DNA of 49,131 nucleotides, filler included, from Sphacelaria rigidula (lineage: Eukaryota), in assembly GCA_964200075.2 (NCBI GenBank). It is 2 parts of 2 records of this genome, joined end to end, with 100 filler letters (N's around TTAATTAATTAA, not from the genome) between each part and the next. Parts side by side here need not be neighbours in the genome. Positions count along the whole stretch, not along the records: positions 24,628 to 49,131 come from CAXNAA020000202.1; 1 more part is not named here. One strand, 5' to 3'. Position numbers and translations under genes: made by a program. Position 1 is the stretch's first letter, and every line of letters starts with the position of its first letter. Positions 39,219-49,131 of the stretch are shown one piece after another. The notes below the pieces were generated by a model. The model saw nothing but the letters and a program-made list of their open reading frames with translations. It was not told the origin of the DNA and made no database searches.

Positions 39219-42200
39219 TCACATGAAAAAGTTGAATATTGAAAACACTTCATCTTTTTTCAACAAGAAATGCAATTATTGCTCTCCACCCCGTCTATGC
39301 ACACTCACCGCTTTCACACTACAAATTGTGGAGTCCCCTGCAACGGAATTGTTGGCGTTGCGAACACCGCTGACAGTGACTGCCCCCACGCCGTGCAGGG
39401 CCTCTAAGCGCTCCTTTAAAGTGCTGCCGTCACCTTGGCATGCGCCCACTGCATGCAGCCCACATGGCGGTAGCTCCTCCGGAGTAAGTGCCGCATCTGG
39501 TGCTATTTCCTGTTACGCGACAGCGAGGTCGCGTATAAGTGGTGGAGCAATCAAGAGCGAGAAAAGTGCGAGTATATTGATGGGAAAATGTACGACAACT
39601 CACTTCATATCATGAACTAACAAAATTCCGGGAAATTCTACAGCATCAAGTGCGATCAGACGCTGTCCACGATAACTTTTCCCTGCGCATGTTCCTGCCG
39701 AAAAAACGTCATTTTAATGGCCTCAATGTCCACGAGGGGCCGGTCAAACCGTTTCGCCGCTTTTCTTTCAACCGAGATAACCAAAGCTAGAGCCATGGGA
39801 ATCAGTTATGCAAACAAAATGCGCACAAAATACCAGGAGGTCTCACACCTCTGTTGTCTCGCCACGGAAGAGCAGAGCAAACGAAAGGCCCAGGTTCGCC
39901 GCCTCCGACGGTGTTGACCCGTTCATCAGTTGACACTCGATTGTCTGCATCTCTGGAATTGTTGGAGGTAAAGGCGCTGTCAATGACACCAGTTGCTCTG
40001 CAGCGGCCGTTTCGTAGGCGTCTCGGTGCTCAATCCGGACTCGAACCCCTGTACCCGTCACATTAGCCTGCTGCACCCCTACCGTGGGTAACGTCGAAAT
40101 TCGTACGGTGTGCTCACGTCCATCGACCGAAGCCATAGACCTAAAGGCTATACCCCACCGGTGTCCGCCACCGACAAATGGCCCGGCACGATTGACATGG
40201 ACGGACACACCCGCTGATCTTATCGGCTGCAGAGCTGATAGTGCCTCCCGTACGGCTTCAGCAGGAGCGTCGTGCGCCAGGCCAGGCGTTGCTTGAGGCG
40301 TCTGAAGAAACGCAACGGAGAGGGTTTGTGTTGAGCGTTCGCGTGTTACCGTCATGTTCAAGAGGTGAAAATATCTTCCAGCGAGCAACGCGTCTTGCTA
40401 CGACTCTCAATAACCATACGACACTGTCTTCATTATTCAACATATGAGCCCCCTCTCACCTCTCCTTGTATACCGGAGACCACGAGCGAAAGTGTGCCTC
40501 GTACTGGGGCAATCCCGTTGGCCAACGTGGTCACGTGTACTGCCGCACCCGTCCCAACGAGTAAGTTTACATGCGGCTCCAGGCTCGGCACGTCCCCGTT
40601 GCCTGATAAAAATGACACTGTCCATGCTAGTTCGCCCTGTGCAGATGGACCAGTGCGAGACACCCGAACTTCTCCCATAGTTTCTAGGCTGTTTAAGGCC
40701 GAGGACAGGGCACCGGCGGTCATGAACACTGATAGCGGTCCGGTTTTTACCGTATCTTGGAAGGTGTGTCCTGCGTACGTCAAGAAAAAGCTTCCGGAGA
40801 GAGGGCCTGTTCCTGCGGTGACCTCTTCAACCTATTAGCAACCATAGCGGATTAAAAATTAGTTTTTGGCGGCATCTGAAGGGTATGTTATGTGCTTGCT
40901 CGGGAAATTTCCCGGTTCTCCGATGGTAATAATCTGTTGACACTCTCCTAGACCATCACGGCCGACGCTTTCGGTGAAAAACAACTGCTGGAAGCATACA
41001 AATGTTCGAAAAACACGATGCATGAAGCACTGTACCAGTAAGGCTTTATAGGTTGCGGTACGATTTGGGCGTATTTCAATACGGCATCACCCGGGTCGAG
41101 AAAAGCAGCTACATCCCGGTCTACAGCAGTACATGAAGAATCAGCTTACCTTCATAACCGCTCCCACGGCCGCCTCAGCGCTTGATGTCCAATATATTTC
41201 GGGAAAAGGTTTACATGATCCACACGTGCGGCGCGTTGCTCGACCCGTACTTTCTTTTTCCTCATCGGCTGCTGGCGCGGTTCGACCGGTGGACCAAACA
41301 GCGGCCATGAGGGGTCGGTCTCCTGGGTCTGTGACGAAGGTTACTTCCCATTCCCACAGCATATATAAATTAGCTGTGCTATTCGTCCACGTTGTAGTGT
41401 TGCTGCTGCTGTCGTTGGTCACTACGCCGTACGTCCTATTGACACCGTCATTTAGCTTTACTACCTGGACATACCCCACGTTTGGCAGCAGATGGAGCGC
41501 TTCTGCCACCTGTTTCGCATGTGTATCGCATGGGACATGAACCGTTTCAATGTTGTGCGTCGCCTTCGGTAGCATTCGTGTGAAAAACGCTTCAAGGGTT
41601 TGAAAATGGCGAAATCTGCCTGCTATTCTTGTTCTTCGGTGCGTTTTTGTGAGGTCCCTCACCTCTTCCGAGGTTGCGTTCGCCGTGAGCTCGGACGTCC
41701 AGTACGTTCCGTCGTGGTTGGCATCAACACGATTGCGCGCGCTAACGTCCGTTGAGCCATCTGTAACCTCGATACGAAACGTACCATTGCTGGAGATTCC
41801 TTCAGACCTCAGGGAAACCCGCTGTACTTCACTTGTGAGGCTTCCCGAGACGACCTCCACAATTTCTACGCTTCCATTGGTCCAGCTTCGAGTTTCAAGG
41901 CCAGTAGTCGAAGACGACGGGATACGTTAGGGATTTCAGCATGCGTAGTATTATCACTATATTCAGGGAAATATTCCAGTATTCGTGTATGTTGCACTGC
42001 ATGTCGTACGTCCAGATAATAACTTGCAGATGACGAAATTGACACAAAATTGGTATGTAGTGTACTATTCACGGATCCAGCACACGAATCTCGGATACCA
42101 ATCCCCTTGCTCGCTGCCGGTCGAACTACAATGCCTTCGCTAGCTGGGTCCCCCTGCCCACCGCTTTCACTGACCTGATGTTATCGGTTCCTGAATATAT

Positions 42201-45200
42201 CGCATTCTCGGCCTTCAGAAGAGGCACGTCGCCCCCACGAGATAAAAACGTCACGAGGTGGCGACTCGCCACTGCCGAATTTTCAATAGAGGCGGCAGGG
42301 ACGCGAGTGACGCTTAGGTCACCTGCAGACGGTAGCGTTTCTAAAGCGGCAGCCAAATCCGCAGCGCTCCGAGACGGATCCAGAAGCGACGCTGCGGCCA
42401 TTGGCCAAGAGGTACCGTTTAAGTACGTATGGATGATGGTGTCATTTTCGGGGCCCTCGAGAGATATATAGACTTCAGCAATAGATAGATTATCTTGTGC
42501 CATCACGTCGATCTGCTGGACCTCGTACCGCCAAGGAACTGAGGTACGTATCACCTGTGTGTTGGGTTGAAAGAATGTAGTACCAGTATTTCGCTTTTCA
42601 AAAGACATTGCACAGAAAGGATCTGCAAACAATCAACAAGTGGGCCCTACAAGGTGCTGACGAGGAACACCTCGTTCCCGCAAGATGCGCAGAAAACTAA
42701 ACACTTCTCATGACAGATCGCAGAGACATAAACCCACATTTGTATGCTCGCAGCGACAAGTTGAAACAATACACAGAATCAATCGTTCCAATTTACCTGA
42801 ACTTCTGGTAGTGTTGTTTCTGCACCCCCCGTTGTTTCGATCACGGTAACGGCCGGGCCCCATTCCTCGCTTGCCGCGGCGACGGCTACTTTTTCACCAG
42901 TGGCTCCAAGTGATATATATCCTTCCCTTGCAGATAGAGCTACTGTGACTATATCGGTATCATTAGTGACCGAGAAGATATCATCAAGGCCAGGGAGCGC
43001 CACCGCCACCCCCTCCGTGGTATTCACCAAGGGAAGTATTTTCTCCGACGCAAACTGATCACCGAGAGTAGCCGGAGTGGTCGCTCCGGCCTTCACCAAA
43101 ATCGAGGAATTGACGCGCTCCTCTCCTCCCGCCCCGGAAAAACCAAGATCATTAACCTGCACGAGTATCTCGTCAATGGTATCACCTGTCGTGATCGTCC
43201 CACCTTTGGTAGCATTGGCCCTCGTAAAGAACAGAGTCGCCAACGCGTTGTTGACGTACTCAGGCTGACCGCGCAATCGTACGACCGTTTCATCATCGGC
43301 GTCATCCCTCAAGCCATTCTGTAAAGCGACTGTTGCATCCACCGCAAGGCTACCTCCCGCACTGGTCCAGATTGTGATTTCTAGGCGGCCACGCCCCCCC
43401 GGTGCACTCAAGACGTCTGGATCGGTCACTCTGACGCCTGGCACGGGCGATTCTTCGAAGCCTCTAGTGACGATGATTCGCGGCGCATCAACAGCCGGCG
43501 GGTCGTTCATCCAGCCAACGGAAATCTTGACGGAAGCTCTGGACCATGCTGCGTTCGATCTTACACGCAAACCATCATCATATACCGCCTGTCCCCCCAT
43601 GCCACCGGGGGTTGCGACAATGTCGACGCGAGCGAGGGCAACGGATCCTTGTTCATGGGGAGAGCGAACAGGAGTATCGTCAAACTCTGATCCGTTACGA
43701 TTCCAGTATCCAAAGGAATTCAGCCGTGGTTCAAACGTGAGCCCAGACATTGCGTGCGTAAGGTCCGCCGGTGAGCCTGTCATGTGCAACCGCTTGGCGC
43801 TCGTCTCCGTACCATGCACGAGTGCAATATTTTCCATGTTGCTCTCAACAAGGGTCAGATTACCAGACACTGCCAATAGCACTAAATCAACGGCGGCTAG
43901 TTCACCGACCGAGCCGCCTGTAACGATGACATTGGGAAGAACCAAGGGCTCATCTTCTTGAGTAAGCAAGACACTACCCTGAGACGGCGAACGATCAAAT
44001 TCAACAGCAAGAGGTGGATCATACGGCAGTACGCCCACTTCAAGAATCCCCGTCATCGTTCCTACTCCGCCTGCCCCGCAGTTGCCGCCATCGGCGACAG
44101 TCACGCGCACGGTATCGGTTCCTGAAAAATCAGCTGGAGCGCTGTACTCAATGTGTCCTTCGTCAAGTGCTCTCTGAAGCAACTTGAGTGATCCCTGGAG
44201 AAACAAGTCTTCTCCCGGACCTGCTGAAGCACCGCCGATCACGCGGACTCCAACAGCGTTCTTTTCGTGGATGGTGACAACCCCAGCACTTGGGGTAAGT
44301 TCCAAGCTCAGTGCTTTTCTGCCCTCTATCCCACGGATATTTGTGCAGAGATCGGAGCTGTCGTCGACGTCCAAGTCGTCGAGTACAATACTCGATATTT
44401 TGTCACCTTCACCGCCGGCCGTAACCTCGAGCTTTGGCAAATGCCCGTCAAGCCCAAGTGAACTGATCACCGGCGGATCGTTGATGGGACGGACGTAGAG
44501 ATAAACAATGCCTTCGTCCACCAGACCGCCTTCATCGACAGCTTGAACCAAAACGGCTACCTGACCCGCAAAGTTGGTGGGCGGCCAGTACGTTAGAATC
44601 TGCGCAGCCATATCTACGTCCTCGACTAAGCCTCGGAGAGCCAACGCTTGTTGCTCGCCACCTGATAAGACGTGAGACATTTCGATGTTCTCGGCCCCGC
44701 CTCTCTCCAAATCTGCCGTCGACATATTCACCTCTCCGTAGTCAGGCCGCAACTCCAGAGTCACTATTGCCCCAGGATCTGCATCGGAAACGGAGACAAA
44801 ATCTATCGCCAATGAAGTGTCTTCGTCGAAGTAGTGCGCCGGTGACGGATAGCTCAGCTTGGGCTTGTCATTGACTGGATTGACAATCACGGCAAATTGT
44901 TTTTCCGCGTCTAGCATGACATCGTCTCTCCCTTCACTGAGATCACTAACCCACACGTGAAGCTGATCGGTCCCACTCCAGTCCACCGGTGGGCGGTACT
45001 CTAACCGTTGTAGTGAACGATTGAGCTCCCGAAGGCCCCCACGCGCCCAGAACTCGCCTGAACCATCCGATTGATCTCCGCTGAGCAGGTAAAGCCCACC
45101 GGCAGAAGCTAAAGGAAGCTGAAGGTTTCCTATTCCAGCAATGACTTTGACTTCCCACATAGCATCTATCTTGCCCGACTCATCGGGATCAGCCAACTGA

Positions 45201-45373
45201 ATTCCCTGTCCCGCGTTTAGAACAAGTCTGGTGTCCTCTTTGCCGATGAACGTGTTGTCCGGTGGCCCTTGGATTGAAGGAGGATCGTCAACAGGGAAGA
45301 TGTGAACTTGAAAGGAGAATACGGTGTATCCCCGAGGAGATGAAGATTCCGGATTGTAGTCCCATGCTTCTAC
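24892..45373 (-). CDS. Giant adhesin-like protein with cadherin-like/Ig repeats, EVQ repeats and an FN2-like module; partial, 15 exons, about 5,345 aa
   Basis: Exons joined in frame through canonical GT-AG sites (listed individually). Recurrent PVNDPP...DxD...LxYxPxxDFxGxD motifs and EVQ...GxFxL...ALExL...WxVTF...GDxP motifs. No start or stop codon among these exons. Confidence 0.9.
25408..25995 (-). CDS. Giant repeat protein exon N
   Basis: AAG|GAA acceptor; CAG|GTGATG donor; PENDPP...YTGLNDFYGTD. Confidence 0.82.
26229..26870 (-). CDS. Giant repeat protein exon M
   Basis: ACAG|GTG acceptor; GAG|GTGAGC donor. Confidence 0.87.
27102..27830 (-). CDS. Giant repeat protein exon L
   Basis: CCAG|GTG acceptor; GAG|GTGAGA donor. 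Confidence 0.87.
28049..31720 (-). CDS. Giant repeat protein exon K (1,224 codons)
   Basis: GCAG|GTT acceptor; CAG|GTGAGA donor. Confidence 0.9.
32637..32834 (-). CDS. Giant repeat protein exon J
   Basis: CAG|GTG acceptor; AAA|GTATGT donor; VAPVNDPP...EDSD...VTDPD. Confidence 0.85.
33307..35529 (-). CDS. Giant repeat protein exon I (741 codons)
   Basis: GCAG|GGC acceptor; AAG|GTACGT donor; cadherin-like repeats. Confidence 0.9.
35899..39075 (-). CDS. Giant repeat protein exon H (1,059 codons; includes FN2-like module)
   Basis: GCAG|ATT acceptor; AAG|GTACGG donor. Confidence 0.9.
39184..39217. repeat. (TGT)n microsatellite in intron G-H
   Basis: About 11 perfect trinucleotide units. Confidence 0.9.
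39309..39509 (-). CDS. Giant repeat protein exon G (absent from the ORF track)
   Basis: AACAG|GAA acceptor; GCG|GTGAGT donor; EIAPDAA...LKERLEALHGVGAVTV continues the repeat begun in exon F. Confidence 0.82.
39849..40301 (-). CDS. Giant repeat protein exon F
   Basis: CAG|ACG acceptor; GAG|GTGTGA donor. Confidence 0.8.
40460..40831 (-). CDS. Giant repeat protein exon E
   Basis: TAG|GTT acceptor; GAG|GTGAGA donor; EVQ-type repeat. Confidence 0.82.
41150..41509 (-). CDS. Giant repeat protein exon D
   Basis: CAG|GTG acceptor; AAG|GTAAGC donor; ALHLLPNVG...WEVTF...GDRP. Confidence 0.82.
41663..41885 (-). CDS. Giant repeat protein exon C
   Basis: AAG| acceptor with upstream CTAAC branch motif; GAG|GTGAGG donor. 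Confidence 0.72.
42175..42554 (-). CDS. Giant repeat protein exon B
   Basis: CACAG|GTG acceptor; AG|GTCAGT donor (phase 2, chosen for frame compatibility with exon C); EVQ repeat. Confidence 0.75.
42797..45373 (-). CDS. Giant repeat protein exon A (859 codons)
   Basis: CCAG|GTAGAA acceptor; CAG|GTAAAT donor; several cadherin-like repeats. Confidence 0.88.
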
Positions 45374-45849
45374 CTGGTGAATGTCGGCGGGTAGCGGCAG
45401 GAAAGGACGAGTGCAATGAGCAACACAGATTCCAGGAAGACATGTCTTCTCCAGTGTTGTGTTATCAACTGACGTGGCCAGCAAAGACTTGCTTGCGACG
45501 CAAACACCGATACAGCAAGTTGATGATCTGAGAAGGTGAAGCACATTACCGCATAAATGCTTCATGTTTCCCAGTCCTTACGAATCGCTTATTCATGTAT
45601 ATCTTGTGACTATAATACCAAAAATACCATCTGGTTACCGTCTGAGACCGGGAAAATATTCCCCAAGCAACCTACCAGTATTGCCTGTCCGGTTTTACTG
45701 AGAAACGTACTCCCCTAGTAGATTTTGACATTCCTCAGCTTTTAGCTCGTCCAGATGTTCATGCTGTATGTGAACATGGGTAGGATCATTACACTGTACT
45801 GTGGTGTACTATATTATGCTGCGCTGAATTTTGGACTACTGTACATATC

Positions 45850-46020
45850 GATCGACCCAACGCCCAGCTATCCTTGTAAATCCGACTACGTAAAGCGGCG
45901 GTGGTGGAAGCTCTGTTGTACGGATGTGCCACATGGACGTTACGTTCTGAGGACTTCGACAGTCTATGCACTGCCCATCACAGCTCTTGCTGCCAGTGGT
46001 TGGATTCCGCAGGGAAAATC
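45850..46020 (+). mobile_element. Decayed RTE-like LINE reverse transcriptase C-terminal fragment
   Basis: Translates DRPNAQLSL*IRLRKAAVVEALLYGCATWTLRSEDFDSLCTAHH, then a frameshift to LLLPVVGFRR. LLYGCxTW is typical of RTE-clade ORFs. Confidence 0.75.
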
Positions 46021-46023
46021 ATA

Positions 46024-46987
46024 TTCAGGAAGCGAACAGTTTACCCATTGAACCAGTGAGCGCTCACTGGTTCAGTGGATAGGCTGTTCGCTTCCTGAAC
46101 AAAAGATATGCTGTGTGGTCCATCCCGGCATGACACATCAATGATATCCGTAGCTTCCGCCCGTCGCAAACCTCACCGCTCACATGTCAAACTCGTTTCT
46201 TCCACAAACGGTCATGCCGGGACTCGGACTCCCGACCTCTTGTTCAGGAAGCGAACAGATTACCCATTGAATCAGTGATGGGACCACTCACTATATATTT
46301 TGTTCAGGAAGCGAACAGTTTACCCATTGAATCAGTAAGCGCTCACTGGTTCAATGCGTGAACTGTTCGCTCCCTGAACGCATGCCGTCCAGAAGGTGGT
46401 GCAAAAGATTTTCGAGTACCTGCATTCAACGGCGGACCTGGGGCTCACACATCGTGTAGGACCTGATGTAGACATGAGAACAACGGTGTATGTGGATGCG
46501 GATTACGGGAAGGATGGCGAGGCGGGGAGATCGGTATCGGATGGTGCAGTTCTGCGTCCTAGGACACCATGCTACTGGTGATCTACCACACAAAACTGCA
46601 CCATCCGATACCGATCTCCTCGCCTTGTCATCCTTGCCGTAGTCTGCATCCACATACACCGCTGTTCTCATGTCTATATCAGGTCCTGCAGGATGTGTGA
46701 GCCCTGGATCCGCCGTTGAATGCAGGTACTCGAAAATCTTTTGCGCTAACTTCCAGTGGGTTTCCTTCGGGTCGTGCGAATGTCGCGCCACGGCCCACAC
46801 TGCATTGGAAATGTCATGCTTGGTTTGATTGGCAATCCACATCAATCACCCCACCATTTCGCGGAACGGCACATCCTTGATACCTTTGTCACCATTCATG
46901 AGCCACACAGCATATGTTTTGTTCAGGAAGCGAAAAGTTTATCCATTGAACAAGTGAGCACTCACTGGTTCAATGGATATACTGTTC
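46024..46987. repeat. Four copies of a ~78-bp palindrome (46024-46099, half copy 46242-46277, 46302-46379, 46921-46987)
   Basis: TTCAGGAAGCGAACAGTTTACCCATTGAACCAGTGAGC followed directly by its imperfect reverse complement. Confidence 0.85.
46396..46845 (-). mobile_element. Ty1/Copia RT-RNase H fragment with inverted duplication
   Basis: WIANQTKHDISNAV..VARHSHDPKETHW...YVDADY...RRSVS.GAV.CGRSPVAW..RTQ matches the Copia RT/RNase H junction; 46401-46554 is an inverted copy of 46591-46744. Confidence 0.88.
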
Positions 46988-48359
46988 CACACGTCGGACA
47001 GATCAGCTCCCTATAGCTCGAGCTAGCTCTTTAAGCGTAGCTCCCTAGTGAGCTATGAGAGCTACATGATTTACACATGTTTTTCCTGGGGTGAGCTATT
47101 GAGAGCTGTGAGAGCTACGCATGTTTGCCGTACGTGAGCTACCAACCCGTAGCTCATCAGCTCATATTCGTCCTGGATGAGCTATGAGAGCTGCATGAGC
47201 TACGCACGTTTGCGATAGGTGAGCTATCAACCCGTAGCTCATCAGCTCAGATTTGTCCTAGGTGAGCTATGAGAGATGCATGAGCTACGCACGTTTGCCC
47301 TGGGTGAGCTACCAACCCGTAGCTCATCAGCTCATATTAGCCCTGGGTGAGCTATGAGAGCTGCATGAGCTAGACATGTTTGCCCCGGATGAGCTATGAG
47401 AGCTGCATGAGCTAGACATGTTTGCCCCGGATGAGCTATTAGAGCTGCATAAGCTAAACATGTTTGCCCTGGATGAGCTATGAGAGATGCATGAGCTACA
47501 CATGTTTGCCCTGGATGAGCTATGAGAGCTATGAGAGCTACGATTGCCTATCCCTTTGACCGCGAGGGTAGGAGGTCTCTGAATCGGCATCATTCACACC
47601 CGAGAAATTAAGTGAATTGTGCTAATTTATCAGATCGCCAACCCTCGCGGTCAAAGGGCTAACCCCTTGACAGCGAGCATAAGTCATCTGTTGAATCGTC
47701 CCCAATTTCACTTGAAAAACGTATACATAACCAGATGGACTCGTACCCTCGCGGCCAACCGATTGATAGAAATGAATCGGTCGATTATTGTAGACACTGA
47801 AAACTAATACATTTTTTAACCATCCCACCAAGCGAACGAGGATGTGTTGGCTTCTTTTCTTCCTATCGCGAAGAGTGAGGTAAAACATCACAACCTAATG
47901 ATATGTGGCACCATCCGTACGAACAAGAATGTTGCATCATAAGCGACACGGGGTTGGCCAGCGGGAAGCTAGGCATATGACGTGAGTGAGCCACAACCAT
48001 GTACCCCTGGGGTGAGCTACCGGGCGTAGCTCATCCGCTCATGTTTTCCCCGGGTGAGCTACAAGAGCTGCGTGAGCTACACATGTTTGCCTTGGGTGAG
48101 CTATCGAGCGTAGCTCATCCGCATATGTTTTCCCTGGGGTGAGCCATGAGAGCTGCGTGAGCTGCACATGTTTGCCCTGAGTGAGCTACCAACCCGTAGC
48201 TCACCAGCTCATATTCGCCCTGAGTGAGCTACCAATTCGTAGCTCATCAGCGCACGTTTACCTTGTGTCAAGCTATCGGACGTAGCTCACATGTACATGT
48301 TCGACTGCAAGTGAGCTACCGCCCGAAAATGAGCTAGCTCATGAGCTGTCCTAGGTGTG
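46988..48359. mobile_element. Long CACACGTCGG-family element filled with GAGCT-rich ~42-bp tandem repeats
   Basis: Left end CACACGTCGGACAG, right end CATGAGCTGTCCTAGGTGTG; unit GGATGAGCTATGAGAGCTGCATGAGCTAGACATGTTTGCCCC. No TSD seen. Confidence 0.72.
47552..47658. mobile_element. 107-bp MITE with 18-bp perfect TIR, followed by a decayed copy to ~47760
   Basis: CCCTTTGACCGCGAGGGT ... ACCCTCGCGGTCAAAGGG. Confidence 0.75.
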
Positions 48360-49131
48360 GAAGTTTTCGCGTTTCTCGACCAAACCTTGTACATGTGTTC
48401 CTTGAACTATTCCGGGACGCAACCCATTATTCCTATTTTTTTGGGGCACTCGGTACCGCCTTCCGGGGGGTCCTTCCGCTGGAACCCCCGGAAGCCGGTA
48501 GAGAACGAAGGAACTTTGGAATCTTGCCAAGAAAACAAATTTTCCATTTGGAGCATCAATGCCTACGGAACTACCGAGTTCGAGGTTGATCCGAGCTTTT
48601 CTACGACAGATAAAAAGGAAACCGTCACGAGCCTCCCTGGGCCTTTCGTGCATATTAGTGGAAATTATACGACGCCAAAACTCCACGTCACCGAAACATC
48701 ACGGTTTCGGGTATAATTGGACCATGTTGGAATCATTTTCAAATCTGTTTCTCCCATCAGATTTCCGAGCGGATGGTGGTTACTACGATTTGAAGCATGT
48801 GGAGATTCGGTTGAAATTGGGCTTGGAATTCGTGGTTTCAATTCCAGAACAACTTGAAGGGCGCTGATTGGTCGATACACATTTTCGTTCATAGCGCCAC
48901 GCTATAATCTTGAACAAAAATCCATCTTTGTCACCCTCTTCGTCTGTTCATTGCGGTCAGTATGATATCATACGTGGGACTATTGGGTGCGTCTTGCGGA
49001 AGGCATTTGGTGATGACAGAATTTTGGGTCTTATGCGCAAGCCAGCCTGTAAGACCCACTTTTATGGCAAACGAATCCCGATTGTTTTGGACCCCGATTT
49101 CGAAAAAATCGGGGGGACTCAAATTCGTGTA

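Noticed and set aside
39148-39615. ORF with a poly-Cys run
   Set aside because: Produced by the intronic (TGT)n microsatellite and the antisense of exon G.
24892-45373. Giant gene as bacterial contamination
   Set aside because: It has 14 canonical GT-AG spliceosomal introns, and its flank shares repeat families with the eukaryotic left half.
28027-45531. Many plus-strand ORFs overlapping the giant gene
   Set aside because: Antisense shadows of long coding exons; no independent protein features.
46024-46987. Palindromes with unique spacers as a CRISPR-like array
   Set aside because: Repeats are too long, spacing is irregular (about 25 to 540 bp) and there are no cas genes; kept only as a repeat finding.
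47040-48340. Tandem repeats as a CRISPR array, and the Ser-rich ORF 47327-47593
   Set aside because: Units abut without unique spacers, the context is eukaryotic and there are no cas genes; the ORF only reflects the 42-bp periodicity.

Overview
Eukaryotic, intron-rich genomic DNA, most likely a brown alga or related stramenopile (inferred from gene content, repeat style and splice signals). An artificial 100-bp scaffold gap (24528-24627) splits the window. Left of the gap: (i) the first two coding exons of a DDX6/Dhh1 DEAD-box RNA helicase on the minus strand; (ii) head-to-head with it, a two-exon 93-aa mitochondrial COX7A-like gene; both have ~7.3-7.4 kb first introns filled with MITEs and fold-back elements; (iii) candidate exons of an unidentified minus-strand gene and a nest of hAT MITEs. 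Right of the gap: 15 in-frame minus-strand exons (about 5,345 codons, both gene ends missing) of a giant adhesin-like protein. It combines 20+ cadherin-like/bacterial-Ig repeats, about 13 'EVQ...GxFxL...ALExL...WxVTF' repeats and a fibronectin type II-like module. The EVQ arrays appear to be inserted inside individual cadherin-like domains three separate times, the most unusual feature here. The last ~3.7 kb holds an RTE-LINE fragment, a Copia fragment folded into an inverted duplication, short palindromes and a tandem-repeat-filled hAT-like element. All exon and domain calls were made by eye, with no database search.
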